Assembly (NCBI GenBank): GCA_963719035.1
Contig: CAVRAO010000002.1
Coordinates: forward strand, 192,001 to 256,000
Source of the DNA: Methanobacteriota archaeon
Lineage (GTDB): Archaea > Halobacteriota > Bog-38 > Methanoflorentales > Methanoflorentaceae
Length of the DNA: 64,000 nt
Direction of reading: 5' to 3'
A program made the translations under genes and the position numbers. How positions within the stretch are numbered: position 1 is the stretch's first letter; each line of letters opens with the position of its first letter. The notes beneath the pieces are model-generated. The model was not told the DNA's origin, made no database searches, and saw only the letters and a program-made list of their open reading frames with translations. Below are positions 51,380 to 62,899 of this stretch, one piece after another.

Positions 51380-52549
51380 TTGCACGTAGGTGAAGCTTTA
51401 ATTGGCAACGATCCTGAAATGGCCCACGTCGACCTCCTTATAGGAGACAAGGATGGTCCGGTAGGGCAAGCATTTGCTAGTGGATTATCACACCTTTCTC
51501 AGGGGCACACCCCTCTTCTTGCTGTGATTAAGCCAAATTTGTTAACAAAGCCTGCAACTCTCATCGTGCCTAAGGTCACGCTGCAAGACAGAGAACAGAT
51601 AGCGAAGGTGTTCGGCCCCGCTCAAGCTGCTGTTGCCAAAGCAGTCGCGGACTCTGTCGAAGACGGAGTTATCGCAAAGGAAATGTGCGAGCAATACGTA
51701 CTTATCGTATCAGTCTTTGTTCATCCGGATGCGCAGGACTATGAAAAAATCTACCGTTATAACTACGGTGCTACGAAATTGGCGATAAAACGGGCATTAA
51801 CCGACTTTCCTTCGGTGGAAAAAGTTCTCTACGAAAAAGACCGGTCGCTCCACCCGGTTATGGGATTCAAAGTCTCTCGTCTGTGGGATCCGCCATACCT
51901 GCAAGTAGCATTCGATTTGACTGAGTTAGACTTAGTATTGAACGTTCTTGATCAACTGCCTATAAGCGATCATATAATTCTTGAAGCAGGAACGCCCCTT
52001 ATCAAACGTTATGGGCTAGGAATCATCAGAGAAATGCGAAAAGCTCGATCGAGTGCCTTTATCGTAGCTGACCTTAAAACACTTGATACTGGGAACTTAG
52101 AAGCGCGATTGGCCGCGGATGAAGCTGCTGATGCCGTTGTGGTCTCTGGACTTGCGCCTACATCAACGATTGATAAGGCTATAGAAGAAGCAAACAAGAC
52201 CGGTATCTATGTTATTATCGATATGTTAAATGTCGACAAGCCAGAAAGCGTACTCAAGGCGCTGAAGAGCAAACCCGATATCGTAGAACTCCACCGAGCG
52301 ATCGACGCCGAGGATACGGCGCACGCGTGGGGCAACATCGCTACCATAAAGAAATACGCAAAATTAGTCGCTGTAGCAGGAGGGATACGACAAGACAACG
52401 TAGAAGATGCTCTGAAGTCGGGAGCGGACATTTTGGTAGTAGGACGTGCCATTACAGCAGCACGAGATGTAGAAGGTTCTGCACGGGTGTTTCTAGAAGG
52501 ATTAAAGCAGAGCGATATCGATCAATACCGGGTTAAAACTGACTTTTAG
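51380..52549 (+). CDS. fae-hps: Bifunctional formaldehyde-activating enzyme / 3-hexulose-6-phosphate synthase
   Basis: GEALIG, AHVDL, FGPAQ, YNYGATK (Fae); LQVAFD, EAGTPL, DLKTLD, VAGG, VVGRAI (Hps). Confidence 0.95.
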   Translation: MHVGEALIGNDPEMAHVDLLIGDKDGPVGQAFASGLSHLSQGHTPLLAVIKPNLLTKPATLIVPKVTLQDREQIAKVFGPAQAAVAKAVADSVEDGVIAKEMCEQYVLIVSVFVHPDAQDYEKIYRYNYGATKLAIKRALTDFPSVEKVLYEKDRSLHPVMGFKVSRLWDPPYLQVAFDLTELDLVLNVLDQLPISDHIILEAGTPLIKRYGLGIIREMRKARSSAFIVADLKTLDTGNLEARLAADEAADAVVVSGLAPTSTIDKAIEEANKTGIYVIIDMLNVDKPESVLKALKSKPDIVELHRAIDAEDTAHAWGNIATIKKYAKLVAVAGGIRQDNVEDALKSGADILVVGRAITAARDVEGSARVFLEGLKQSDIDQYRVKTDF

Positions 52550-52719
52550 GTCAAGTTTGCGGTGTCCGTCACAACGGTTTCGCCCTATTTCAAAAATGCG
52601 GTTCTTTTGCTCACGCGTATGTGGTCGATACGTGTCAAATTATACGTCTAGTAACTTTATACGACGCGAACACATTTCGTGAGCGGCTTTCTACGAAACT
52701 AAAGCTCGAGGGCTGGTAA

Positions 52720-53394
<675 letters not shown>

Positions 53395-53435
53395 CAAGAA
53401 GTCAAAAAAAAGCTGGTGACCCGTGGAAAGACCTG

Positions 53436-54083
53436 ATGAGACCATCAAGTGAAAGTCGTAACGCTCCGACGCGGGAAAAAGCGAACTTAATTCGCCTGCT
53501 TCTAAAGACGCCTACACCCATAATCGCTGATGCCATGGACGGCCGTAACACGTTGAGTTGTCTACGACCTGTTTTGTCACGTACTGCAATAATAGGGCCC
53601 GTGGTAACCGTCAAAACGGACCCGACGGACTGGGGCACTGTAGTGCGTGCGGTAGAGGCAGCGTCGCCGCGTGACGTGCTATTTATTGACAGTTCAGGGT
53701 CAAACGTAGCAGTTTGGGGGGGACTGACGTCGCGGGCAGCGCAACAGCGTGGAATCGTCGGAACAATCGTTTATGGAAGCTGTCGTGATATTCCAACTAT
53801 AGAAGCCCTTCAATACCCAGTATGGATGAAAGGGATCACTGCACGTGCTGGAAGACCGTTAAACAGGGGGAAGGTTAACGTTCCGATATACATCGGCGGA
53901 CTGGTAGTGAAACCGCGTGATCTAGCGAAAGCTGACGTTCACGGAGTCGTTATCATTCCGTCAAATGAGGTAGCGTCAGTCGCCAAAAGGATTAAAGAGA
54001 TAGCAGCCAAGGAACGCTTTGTAGAGCGAGGAATCAAAGAGGGGCAGCTCTTAAGCCAATTACTGTCTGATTTTCCATCCTGA
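53436..54083 (+). CDS. RraA/HMG-aldolase family protein
   Basis: DAM, GPVVTV, AVWGGL, G.CRD, D.HGVV motifs. Confidence 0.88.
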   Translation: MRPSSESRNAPTREKANLIRLLLKTPTPIIADAMDGRNTLSCLRPVLSRTAIIGPVVTVKTDPTDWGTVVRAVEAASPRDVLFIDSSGSNVAVWGGLTSRAAQQRGIVGTIVYGSCRDIPTIEALQYPVWMKGITARAGRPLNRGKVNVPIYIGGLVVKPRDLAKADVHGVVIIPSNEVASVAKRIKEIAAKERFVERGIKEGQLLSQLLSDFPS

Positions 54084-54117
54084 TACCATATATATCATTA
54101 GCCCCTAAAAAAAAGCA

Positions 54118-54687
54118 ATGGTCACAAGTGAGCTCGCAGGCGTTTTCTTGCACAAAATGCCAACGTCACTGCTGCTTACTATACGGACCTACGATCGAAC
54201 TTATGTTTCAGTGTTAGCTAAGGAGTGCAACTGCACATACCCCCACGCGGTAAAAACTCTTTGGGGCATGGAAAGGCTCGGGTTGGTCCAATCAGAGAAA
54301 GTCGGTAGAGTGAAATATGTCCAGCTGACAGATCACGGCAAGGTTGTTGCTGACTCACTTAGTGCCCTTGTGCACAGCTTAGGCGTTAATGATGCACCGC
54401 TAAGAGATGATGTGGCATACGTCAATCAAAAGATAAATAACGTTATTCGCAAAATTGAAACGATTCAAAACGAGCTCGAGGCCAAAAATTACCTTAGCCG
54501 GGAAGAGGGCATACGCTTCAACAGGCGACTTGGACCTTATTATCGTGAACTCAATGCGATCCGCCTTCTTTTAGAAACACAGCCTAACAGCCCGCTCCGT
54601 TCTAAAGTCGATGCGCTAACAAAGATGGTTCACAAAGTAAAAAAAGAGATAGCTACGAGACAAGCATCACAACCTGCAGCTACCTGA
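54118..54687 (+). CDS. Winged-helix DNA-binding protein with a C-terminal helical extension
   Basis: YVSVLAKE..CTYPH.VK...GLV..EK.GRVKYV.LT..G. Confidence 0.8.
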   Translation: MVTSELAGVFLHKMPTSLLLTIRTYDRTYVSVLAKECNCTYPHAVKTLWGMERLGLVQSEKVGRVKYVQLTDHGKVVADSLSALVHSLGVNDAPLRDDVAYVNQKINNVIRKIETIQNELEAKNYLSREEGIRFNRRLGPYYRELNAIRLLLETQPNSPLRSKVDALTKMVHKVKKEIATRQASQPAAT

Positions 54688-55642
54688 TGGGATAAAAGTC
54701 TTTGACGCGTGTGGTATCGTCTAGAAACGGCGTTGAGGCTTCATATAGAACAGTGTCAGTACTTGCGACAATCGTATGTCTTTCGTAAGGTTTTATGTGA
54801 ACCGTGTCTCCGGTCTCGAAATACTCTTTTCGATCGTCAAATTCAATATAACCAGTCCCTTGCATAATGAGCATGGTCTCGTCTTTGTTCTTGTGAAAGT
54901 GATAAGACGATTGATATCCTTCGCGAATATATAGCTCTTTTAGCAAATAAAGCTCAGTAATTATCTGAACTTTCTCATATCCCCAAGGTTTAGCAGTTTT
55001 GTTGTGAAACTCTTTTTGAACCCGTTGTTTCCCATCTTCTGTGTAAAGAGTATCCCAAAAATTAAACTCTTCATATACGTCCAGCTCCCCAAGATCTGCA
55101 AGTAACGGTAAAGCGTCTTCTAATTCATCTCCAAGAGCATATTGCTCAAAGTCAAACGCTTTTCGTACGCAGAGAATTCCTCCGTAAACTGTTGAGGGCT
55201 CATCATCGAATAAAGCTCGAGACGCCCGTTCGAAAGAACTGCTCGACTCGGTTCGGGTAGTCGCGTAGACTATAACCGGCACTGCTGACTGGGTGAATTT
55301 TATTATCAGTTTTTTCAAGTTTATGTCCGTAACGACGCCGGAGTCTAAAACGATGACATCATCATCGATTTTAGCCAGTACCAACGTGATATCTTTGAAC
55401 GTCCTAGGAGCGTGCTCGTAGCTGAGTTTAACGCCCTTGTACTCATCTCCTAATGTTTCCTGTAACTGTCGAGAAGAGACGGTCGTCAAAAGCACTGCCT
55501 CGCGTAGTCCAACCGTGGCAAGGTCAAGCAGTAGCTTGTCTACTACCGTAAATCCGTCTGTCAAAACTGTAAGCGCATTTGAGGAACCGTCGTTTACGCT
55601 TTGCTTTTTTCCGTAGCCGTCACATAAGATTAGTGCTTTCAT
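54680..55642 (-). CDS. Divergent NTP-transferase domain fused to a cupin domain
   Basis: KALILCDGYGKK N-terminus; C-terminal KPWG.E, S.HFH..KDE, ..H cupin motifs. Confidence 0.8.
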   Translation of the reverse strand: MKALILCDGYGKKQSVNDGSSNALTVLTDGFTVVDKLLLDLATVGLREAVLLTTVSSRQLQETLGDEYKGVKLSYEHAPRTFKDITLVLAKIDDDVIVLDSGVVTDINLKKLIIKFTQSAVPVIVYATTRTESSSSFERASRALFDDEPSTVYGGILCVRKAFDFEQYALGDELEDALPLLADLGELDVYEEFNFWDTLYTEDGKQRVQKEFHNKTAKPWGYEKVQIITELYLLKELYIREGYQSSYHFHKNKDETMLIMQGTGYIEFDDRKEYFETGDTVHIKPYERHTIVASTDTVLYEASTPFLDDTTRVKDFYPIR

Positions 55643-55820
55643 TTACAACTCCAGAGAATTGTTGAACAATGAAGTATAAGGCTTTTTTTAGCTTTTGAGT
55701 GTGGTACGCACAACTCTCATTACGAGCTTACCGAAATATTATTAAGGGACTGCCGAAATACGAGTGTGAACACTCAAAAAGAGGGTCAGTGCAAATCTGT
55801 TTGCTGAGGAGCAACGTAAG

Positions 55821-56996
55821 ATGAACATCGTCATGGTAACAAGCTGGTCACCGCGGCATTGCGGCATAGCTACTTACAGCTCAGAGCTCGTTGGTGCGCT
55901 AAGGAAGAACGGGCATGACGTGAAAATTATTTGTCACACAGACGAGGAATTTGGAGGACACCGCGAACAAGGGGTTTATCCGGTTATTGACACCAACGAT
56001 CCTGGTTGGGACGAACGTATCTATAACACAATACAGCAGATCAAGCCTGATGTAGTCCATATTCAGCATGAGTATGGGCTCTATTTAACGCATGGAGACT
56101 ACGGAGGTCGGATTCTTACACTGCTTTTTAGACTCAAGCTTGAGAAGATCCCTTCCGTTATGACTTACCATTCGATCTATACGTCGCTGGATCGCCCTGA
56201 AGCCATTTTTACCGATGTTAGTTTGCGCTTACTCGACTCTGCGATTGTCCACGCCGAAGTTCAGAAGCTGTTTCTTCCGTACAACCTCGATTGGATCCCC
56301 CACAACGTTCACGTTATATCACACGGCGCTAAAGAAGTCGTGCCTGATCCAGTAGCAAAAGAACGTTTCGGGTTGGTTGGGAAGAAGGTAGCACTTTGTA
56401 TAGGCTGGTTTGAACCTAACAAACGCTTCGAGGATGTCATTGAGATTTGGCCAGAAATCATGCAAGACGCGGGTAAGCAAGCAGTACTCGTGATTGCCGG
56501 CGACGCACGACCAGGCTCGGAAACCGGAATTAAGTACAAAGAGCAGCTGTTGCGCGCAATTGAAGAGTCCTCAGCGAAAGACTATATAAAAACGATAATC
56601 GGGGCATTTGATCCTGAAACGTATGACAGTATAATCTCAGCGTCAGACTTCGTCGTGCTTCCATACAAGCACGCGTCCCAGAGTGGGAACCTCGCGCACT
56701 CTTTTGCCCTTAACAAACCGGCCATTGTTTCGTCGCTTGAAGGTTTAAAGGCAGAAATTGAAGCAAGCGGTGCCGGAATAGCAGTCCCTGTCGACGATCT
56801 TGAGGAGTTAAGAAAAGCAATTACAATAATGCTTACTAGCGATTTAATGCTCGAAACCTACAGCGAGCACGCGCGCGACTACGTGGCAAACCACATTATT
56901 TGGGCCAATGTAGCTCGGAAGCACACTCTCGTTTACGAGAATGCCATCGATCGCGTGACGTATGGCACCAAGATGCGTGTAAACCAGACTATTTGA
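55821..56996 (+). CDS. GT4 family glycosyltransferase
   Basis: PRHCGIATY, IQHEYG, HG, LPY...SQSG motifs. Confidence 0.9.
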   Translation: MNIVMVTSWSPRHCGIATYSSELVGALRKNGHDVKIICHTDEEFGGHREQGVYPVIDTNDPGWDERIYNTIQQIKPDVVHIQHEYGLYLTHGDYGGRILTLLFRLKLEKIPSVMTYHSIYTSLDRPEAIFTDVSLRLLDSAIVHAEVQKLFLPYNLDWIPHNVHVISHGAKEVVPDPVAKERFGLVGKKVALCIGWFEPNKRFEDVIEIWPEIMQDAGKQAVLVIAGDARPGSETGIKYKEQLLRAIEESSAKDYIKTIIGAFDPETYDSIISASDFVVLPYKHASQSGNLAHSFALNKPAIVSSLEGLKAEIEASGAGIAVPVDDLEELRKAITIMLTSDLMLETYSEHARDYVANHIIWANVARKHTLVYENAIDRVTYGTKMRVNQTI

Positions 56997-57060
56997 ACGG
57001 TTCTTTTGGTTGCGCTTCGATAAGCGCTTCCTGATATTAATTGCAAGGAGCTCGAGAGAT

Positions 57061-57777
57061 ATGGTCAGTATACGCGAGTACATATCTGCCCCTGTCATTG
57101 ATGTAGAGCCAGAAGCGACCGTAGCAGACACTTTAGCTCTTATAGCAAAAACCGGTCACCAAGGGTTTCCCGTCGTCACCGATGGTAGAATCGTTGGTGT
57201 TGTTACTAGTGCCGACCTTATTCTCGCTAAGCCGCACCAAAAAATCGCAAAACTCATGACGGCTAATCCAGTGACCGCAAAACTTGATGATGACATCGTG
57301 AGCGTCGCAGGAGTAATGGCGTATAACCATATCCATCATGTCCCTATCGTCGACGGTGAGCACGTAGTTGGTATCGTGACTGCAACGGACATGCTTCGTG
57401 CATGTATCGAGAATATCATTTCTGAGAACGTTGAGCGTATTTTCACGTTTTTTCAAACGCTTCACCCAAACGTCACTCTCAGACATATACGCGTTGCAGT
57501 CGCACCTTTGATCCCTACTCAAAAGCTCTTAGATCCAACAGAACTTACGCTTCGCGAACAGCAGTTTACGCGAGGGGTAGTTTATCCCATCGTAGTCACT
57601 AAGAAAGGTCTCTTTTATCATATCATCGACGGACATCACCGCGCTTATCTAGCTTATAAACAAGGGATAGTTGAGATTCCAGCTTTTTTTATAGAGGGCG
57701 ATCTCGGCATCGTTAAATCATCTAACAAGCTCGGCTTAAAAACCTTGAACGATATGGTTTTACTGTCTGAAGAGTAA
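57061..57777 (+). CDS. CBS-pair plus ParB/sulfiredoxin-domain protein
   Basis: Two CBS repeats (GFPVV..G.IVG.VT..D; HVPIVD..VVGIVT..D), then LIPTQ, PIVV and IIDGHHRA. Confidence 0.88.
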   Translation: MVSIREYISAPVIDVEPEATVADTLALIAKTGHQGFPVVTDGRIVGVVTSADLILAKPHQKIAKLMTANPVTAKLDDDIVSVAGVMAYNHIHHVPIVDGEHVVGIVTATDMLRACIENIISENVERIFTFFQTLHPNVTLRHIRVAVAPLIPTQKLLDPTELTLREQQFTRGVVYPIVVTKKGLFYHIIDGHHRAYLAYKQGIVEIPAFFIEGDLGIVKSSNKLGLKTLNDMVLLSEE

Positions 57778-57778
57778 G

Positions 57779-58831
57779 CTACCCAAAGTACTCTTTCAAG
57801 TCTGACGCCACTTTTTCTGGCATAGACTCGACGATAACCTCTTCATGAAGTCTTTCCATGAAACCCGAGTCGTTATTGTAGTAGCCCTGCGGGTACGGCC
57901 GAGCGATGATCCGCGCGACGAGTCTGAAGCTCTCATCCTTGCCTGAAGCCGAGAACGTGCTTAGATTGAAACTATGTACTCCATACAAAGTATATGCAGT
58001 GAAAACTCTTTTTAGGCCCTTGCTGAAGTCAGAAATAGCAGTTTCATCAAGCTCGTACAACGATGAGATGTCGTGAAACACCCCGCAGATTTCATCATTA
58101 CCAAGGGGTACGTAACTTGTGATCCAAGAGAGGCTACCGATTTTCCCCAGAAACCTTTCCCCTTCTTTTTCCTCAATTTCGAGCAAGCGCTTCCAATAAT
58201 TTTCCTTGTGTTTCTTGAAGTATTTTTCACATTCTGATAAATATAGCCAAGCTAGGTTCGTCGGTTGCTCATCTACAGTAAGTTGAACGTGCGGATGGAC
58301 GACGCTCGCACCCGCTGGTGGTAAGAAATTCCAACTGAAGATTGGGAACACGGCTTTCTTATCGCTTAACGCAACCACACGGAAGTACTCGATACTTGCT
58401 TTAACAGTATCTTGAATCTGCTTCAACGTAAACTCGTCAATCCCTAAAAAATGCTCTTTCGATACCGTTGCTACGGCATGATACTTCGCAAATGGAAACA
58501 AGTTTGGAAAGACTGTTGTTTCGCCGACCTTGATCCTTCCCTCAGGCACTAAACTCGAAGGAAACATTGGCGTATTGGTCTTTATATTTGCGGGACAAAA
58601 ATAGCAATTCTTTGTAGATAGGTCAATCAACTCCGAGTACCCTGTGCCAGTTTGTGCCTGCTTCTTCCTCTCAGATCGTTTGACATTGATTCGGCACGCA
58701 CGGCTGGTAAGGAGCTCTTTTCGGTACTCAATTTTTTGCCTCTCTAAGAGAAAGTCACACGTCGGATTGCGTAGCTCAGACTCGATTAACCTCTTAGAGA
58801 ACAGATCTCGCAGAATTATGACCTCCAGCAA
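57779..58831 (-). CDS. Galactose-1-phosphate uridylyltransferase (GalT)-like HIT protein
   Basis: CYFC, FPNLFP, N...AGAS..HPHVQ motifs. Confidence 0.85.
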   Translation of the reverse strand: MLEVIILRDLFSKRLIESELRNPTCDFLLERQKIEYRKELLTSRACRINVKRSERKKQAQTGTGYSELIDLSTKNCYFCPANIKTNTPMFPSSLVPEGRIKVGETTVFPNLFPFAKYHAVATVSKEHFLGIDEFTLKQIQDTVKASIEYFRVVALSDKKAVFPIFSWNFLPPAGASVVHPHVQLTVDEQPTNLAWLYLSECEKYFKKHKENYWKRLLEIEEKEGERFLGKIGSLSWITSYVPLGNDEICGVFHDISSLYELDETAISDFSKGLKRVFTAYTLYGVHSFNLSTFSASGKDESFRLVARIIARPYPQGYYNNDSGFMERLHEEVIVESMPEKVASDLKEYFG

Positions 58832-59270
58832 GAATTAATAATCGGATGTTGCCGTATAAACAATTAACGTTTGTAAGCTTGACAACAATATAAACCTTTT
58901 TAAGGAATTTTCGATCGCAACGCATTGTAATGCAACACAGATAGATTGCCAAGCAAGTTGGATCGACACTTACAGCTGATCTATGTAACCGACAGATGCT
59001 TTTTTCACAGTAAGGTGTTCTGCATCGGATAGCAAAAATGCTCAACAATTAAGCTACTAAACAAGCGGTTGTTGATGGGGGGCCTTATTACTGCAAAGCA
59101 CTAGAGTTAAGAACTTGATATTCATATTCGGACTGCAGAGCAGGCCGGAGCGGCCGAGACCGGTATATAGATACTAGGGCGCTCGTACTCATAAAGCGCT
59201 AGCGTAACGCAACCAAGGCACTTAAGGCTTAGCCCAACTCCTTTTGGAGACGATATATAAGGTGTACAAC

Positions 59271-60785
59271 ATGGAGTTTGATTTAAAAGCTCATCTGAAA
59301 TTCAGCGACAATCTCCCAAAAGAAGCAGATTTCGAACTGCAAAAAGCAATAGAAGCTGCAAACAACGTACTTTTCATTAAAGGCGTGCCAAGCAACTCTG
59401 TCAATGAAGCAGGAAGGATAATTGAATGGCATACGCACGCCAATGAGCTTTACGTCAGAATCGTCAGCGGCAGATATACTCGATCGCACGAAGCACTTTT
59501 GCGCTTTCGAAAGGCCCTCGGAATTATTATGGGGTCTAAATATCGGATAGGTATCAGAGGCTATGAAATTGAAGAGTTTACAATACTAATTGAAGCTGAA
59601 ACTCCAGTGCATCTCAAACTCCCCTTTGTGAAAGAGGTGTCATACGAAAACAAACTGTTAACGCTCAATCTTTTGGTTGACGAACAAGACGTAGAGAACA
59701 AGATACCGGACCGAATCGTAAGTCTTGTCGAGGAGAAGATTAAACAAGAACTCTACGGAACAAAGCTTGAGAATTGGGAGTTGGTCTGGACAAGCCCACA
59801 AAAAACGGTCCACTTTCGACTCGATCCTACTGAGGAACTAAAAAAGCGTCAATGGATTAAGCACGGAATGAGTCGAGGACAATGGATTTTCGGCCCTCAA
59901 ATAACGAAGGTCTTCAACACTTTTAAGAGAATCATCGAAAAGGAAATACTCGAACGGCTTGGCTATTCAGAGATGATTTTTCCCAAGATGGTTCCGTGGG
60001 AAGTCTGGAAACGATCTGGGCATGCACGCGGCGTTTATCCAGAAATTTACTACATTTCAAGTCCTAAATCGCGTGATCCCGAGTATTGGGAAGAGGTAAC
60101 CGACTATTATAAAGTCACTAATGAGATTCCCTTAACGTTGATCAGGGAAAAAATCGATGACCCCCTCGGTGGCATGTGTTATGCGCAATGCCCGTCTTTT
60201 TGGCCTTTCATGCAAGGTGAAACGATTTCCTCGCATTCGCTTCCGGTCAAGGTGTTCGATCGATCGGGCACGTCACATCGCTATGAGAGTGGGGGCATAC
60301 ACGGTATAGAACGTGTTGACGAGTTTCACCGAATTGAAATCGTGTGGGTCGGTGACCATAACCAAGTCAGTGAAGAAGCCCAGAAACTTGAAAAGCGCTA
60401 CACCCGCATTTTTAATGACATCTTAGATCTCGATTGGAGAATGGCACGTGTTACGCCATGGTTTATGGCTCAGGAGGGACTAATTGACACGTCATCTGAT
60501 CTTTCGGTTGGCACCGTAGATTATGAGGCATATCTGCCGTATCGTGGTGAACGTGCTGAGAGTGAGTGGCTTGAATTTCAAAACGTAAGCGTAAACGGTG
60601 ATAAATATCCTCGCGGTTTTAACGTAAAAACCCAAAAAGGAGAATTGTGGTCGGGATGTTCGGGTATCGGGTTGGAAAGATGGGCTGCTGCCTTTTTTGC
60701 ACAGAAAGGTTTAGATATCGAATTTTGGCCGCCGAAATTCGCTAAGCTTATTGGAGAGCTGCCAGAGGGGATACAATTCCTTTGA
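59271..60785 (+). CDS. serS: Serine-tRNA ligase, methanogen type (type 2)
   Basis: SGRYTR.H N-domain, YAQC, DRSG.SHRYE, RVDEFHRIE, EWLEFQN, WSGCSG motifs. Confidence 0.95.
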   Translation: MEFDLKAHLKFSDNLPKEADFELQKAIEAANNVLFIKGVPSNSVNEAGRIIEWHTHANELYVRIVSGRYTRSHEALLRFRKALGIIMGSKYRIGIRGYEIEEFTILIEAETPVHLKLPFVKEVSYENKLLTLNLLVDEQDVENKIPDRIVSLVEEKIKQELYGTKLENWELVWTSPQKTVHFRLDPTEELKKRQWIKHGMSRGQWIFGPQITKVFNTFKRIIEKEILERLGYSEMIFPKMVPWEVWKRSGHARGVYPEIYYISSPKSRDPEYWEEVTDYYKVTNEIPLTLIREKIDDPLGGMCYAQCPSFWPFMQGETISSHSLPVKVFDRSGTSHRYESGGIHGIERVDEFHRIEIVWVGDHNQVSEEAQKLEKRYTRIFNDILDLDWRMARVTPWFMAQEGLIDTSSDLSVGTVDYEAYLPYRGERAESEWLEFQNVSVNGDKYPRGFNVKTQKGELWSGCSGIGLERWAAAFFAQKGLDIEFWPPKFAKLIGELPEGIQFL

Positions 60786-60906
60786 AAAAATGTTATATGG
60801 TATGATCATTTATATATGGTTGAGCTTTTAGACAGAATCGCTATGAGCCTAACAAAGCGCAGTCATATTAATTCAACATCGCGAAGCTTATAAAAGGAGT
60901 ATTTGG

Positions 60907-61491
60907 ATGGCGAGAAGACAGACTAGGAAAAAAGCGGAAGGCTGGAAAGCAAAGAGATGGTACGACGTAGTTACCCCCGAAATCTTCGGAAAGATGAGCA
61001 TAGGATCTACCCCCACCGATGATCCTGTAAAATTAGTTGGTCGGGTCATGGATACAACTCTCGGTGAGCTGACGAACGACCTCGGAAAGCAGAACGTGAA
61101 AATGCACTTCAAAGTGAACGAGGTCAGTGGCGAATCCGCACACACAAGGTTCACGGGTCATGAGCTTACACGTGATTACTTAAGAAGCTTGGTGAAAAGG
61201 CGAACAAGTCTCGTAGAATCAAACATCGTCGTTACTACAAAAGATGGCTTCAAAGTTCACCTTAAGCCAATGGCTTTGACTATAAAACGCGCTGGTTCTA
61301 GTCAAATCAAAGCGATTCGAGACATCATGAACGGTACCTTACGTGAACGTGGAAAAGAGCTCAATTATGAGCAATTCATCCACGAAGTCGTGCTCGGAAA
61401 GCTTGCAAGTGATATTTATAAAAAATCCAAGATCATTTACCCATTACGCCGCGTCGAAATCAGCAAAACAAAGATTTTGGCAGAACCATAA
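60907..61491 (+). CDS. rps3ae: 30S ribosomal protein S3Ae
   Basis: WK.K.WY, DYLRSLVKRRTS, IYPLRRVEI motifs. Confidence 0.96.
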   Translation: MARRQTRKKAEGWKAKRWYDVVTPEIFGKMSIGSTPTDDPVKLVGRVMDTTLGELTNDLGKQNVKMHFKVNEVSGESAHTRFTGHELTRDYLRSLVKRRTSLVESNIVVTTKDGFKVHLKPMALTIKRAGSSQIKAIRDIMNGTLRERGKELNYEQFIHEVVLGKLASDIYKKSKIIYPLRRVEISKTKILAEP

Positions 61492-61532
61492 CGAACTCGT
61501 TTTTTAAATACTTGGCAGCTTAATTTAACGAC

Positions 61533-62750
61533 ATGTGCGTAGCCAAGAAGATCCTATTTGTTGTGCTCGATGGGGCAGCCGACCGTCCAACGGCTGTAGC
61601 AACGACACCTCTCATGGCAGCCAATATTCCTTTTCTCGATCGACTAGCGCAAGAAGGAATTTTAGGGATTATGGACGTCATAGCGCCAGGGACGCCTCCT
61701 GGATCTGACACGGCACATCTATCGCTGTTAGGTTATCCGCTAAATGAGGTTTACACAGGGCGCGGACCTTTTGAAGCGGCCGGCGTTGGTATTAATGTCC
61801 GACCAGGCGACATCGCGTTTCGGGGCAACTTTGCGACAGTTAAGGATGGTATAGTCATCGACCGACGTGCTGGTCGTATTGACGAAACTAAATCGCTGTC
61901 TGACGCAATTAGAGAGCAGCTTCACCTCGATTGTGAATTCTTGTTTAAAGAGTCTGCAGGGCATCGAGCAGTTCTCGTGCTTAGAGCGGAAGACCTAAGT
62001 CCAAGAATAACTCAAACAGACCCTCAACATCCAGGAGCGTTATTGCGTTCAAAGCCGATTGCCAAAGACGCTTCATCACGCAGAACTGCAAACATCGTTA
62101 ATGATTTTACGCGGCAGGTTTTGTCAATTCTTGGCAATCATCCAGTCAACGCGGAACGGACGCGTACAAATCAACTTCCAGCGAATGCAGTGCTGCTTCG
62201 CGGAGTGGGCTCAGTTCCGCATCTTGTTCCGTTTGAAAGACGTACAGGCTTGAATGCCGCTGTAATCGCTGCGACAGCATTGGTAATCGGGATTGGCAAA
62301 CTGACCGGGATGAAGTATATACCAACGAAAGGTGCTACAGGACACATTGATTCAAATATCGATGAGAAAGTAAAGAATGTAAACAAAGCGCTAAAGCGAC
62401 ACTCTTTTGTGCTTCTCAACATAAAAGGTGCAGATGAAGCGGGTCACGACGGTGATTTCAACGCCAAAACGCACTTTCTAACGCGAGTGGGTAACGCTTT
62501 GTCAAATTTGGCAATCGAAGAATCGACACTTGTCATAATAACAGCAGATCACACTACTCCTGTAAGCCTTAAAGAACACTCAGGCGATCCTGTTCCATTC
62601 CTCATACGAGGAAAAGGAGTTCGTGCTGATCAAACGAGCTCATTCAACGAGTACGTTGCCGCCAGAGGAGGTATGGGTCGGATTTATGGTCATGATATGA
62701 TGCCCATACTTACTGATCTGCTGGGCAAAGGGACGAAGTTTGGCGCGTGA
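61533..62750 (+). CDS. apgM: 2,3-bisphosphoglycerate-independent phosphoglycerate mutase
   Basis: [43 protein letters not shown] motifs. Confidence 0.95.
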   Translation: MCVAKKILFVVLDGAADRPTAVATTPLMAANIPFLDRLAQEGILGIMDVIAPGTPPGSDTAHLSLLGYPLNEVYTGRGPFEAAGVGINVRPGDIAFRGNFATVKDGIVIDRRAGRIDETKSLSDAIREQLHLDCEFLFKESAGHRAVLVLRAEDLSPRITQTDPQHPGALLRSKPIAKDASSRRTANIVNDFTRQVLSILGNHPVNAERTRTNQLPANAVLLRGVGSVPHLVPFERRTGLNAAVIAATALVIGIGKLTGMKYIPTKGATGHIDSNIDEKVKNVNKALKRHSFVLLNIKGADEAGHDGDFNAKTHFLTRVGNALSNLAIEESTLVIITADHTTPVSLKEHSGDPVPFLIRGKGVRADQTSSFNEYVAARGGMGRIYGHDMMPILTDLLGKGTKFGA

Positions 62751-62899
62751 ACTTCGCGAAAAAATAGACCTAGCAACGCTACAATACTAGGAACGAACAC
62801 GCTTAGTCCTGTATACTTGAAATATGTCTTGAAGATTCTTCACAACAAAAGATTAAAGCAGCAGCACAAGCTAGGCGATTAAAAAACTGAGGATAAAAA

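Noticed and set aside
57061-57777. ParABS partition system
   Set aside because: No parA, no HTH domain in the protein, and no parS-like repeats seen.
58794-59048. Cys-rich 84-aa ORF upstream of the GalT-like gene
   Set aside because: Irregular Cys spacing, a weak start, and overlap with the promoter region and the galT 5' end; probably spurious.
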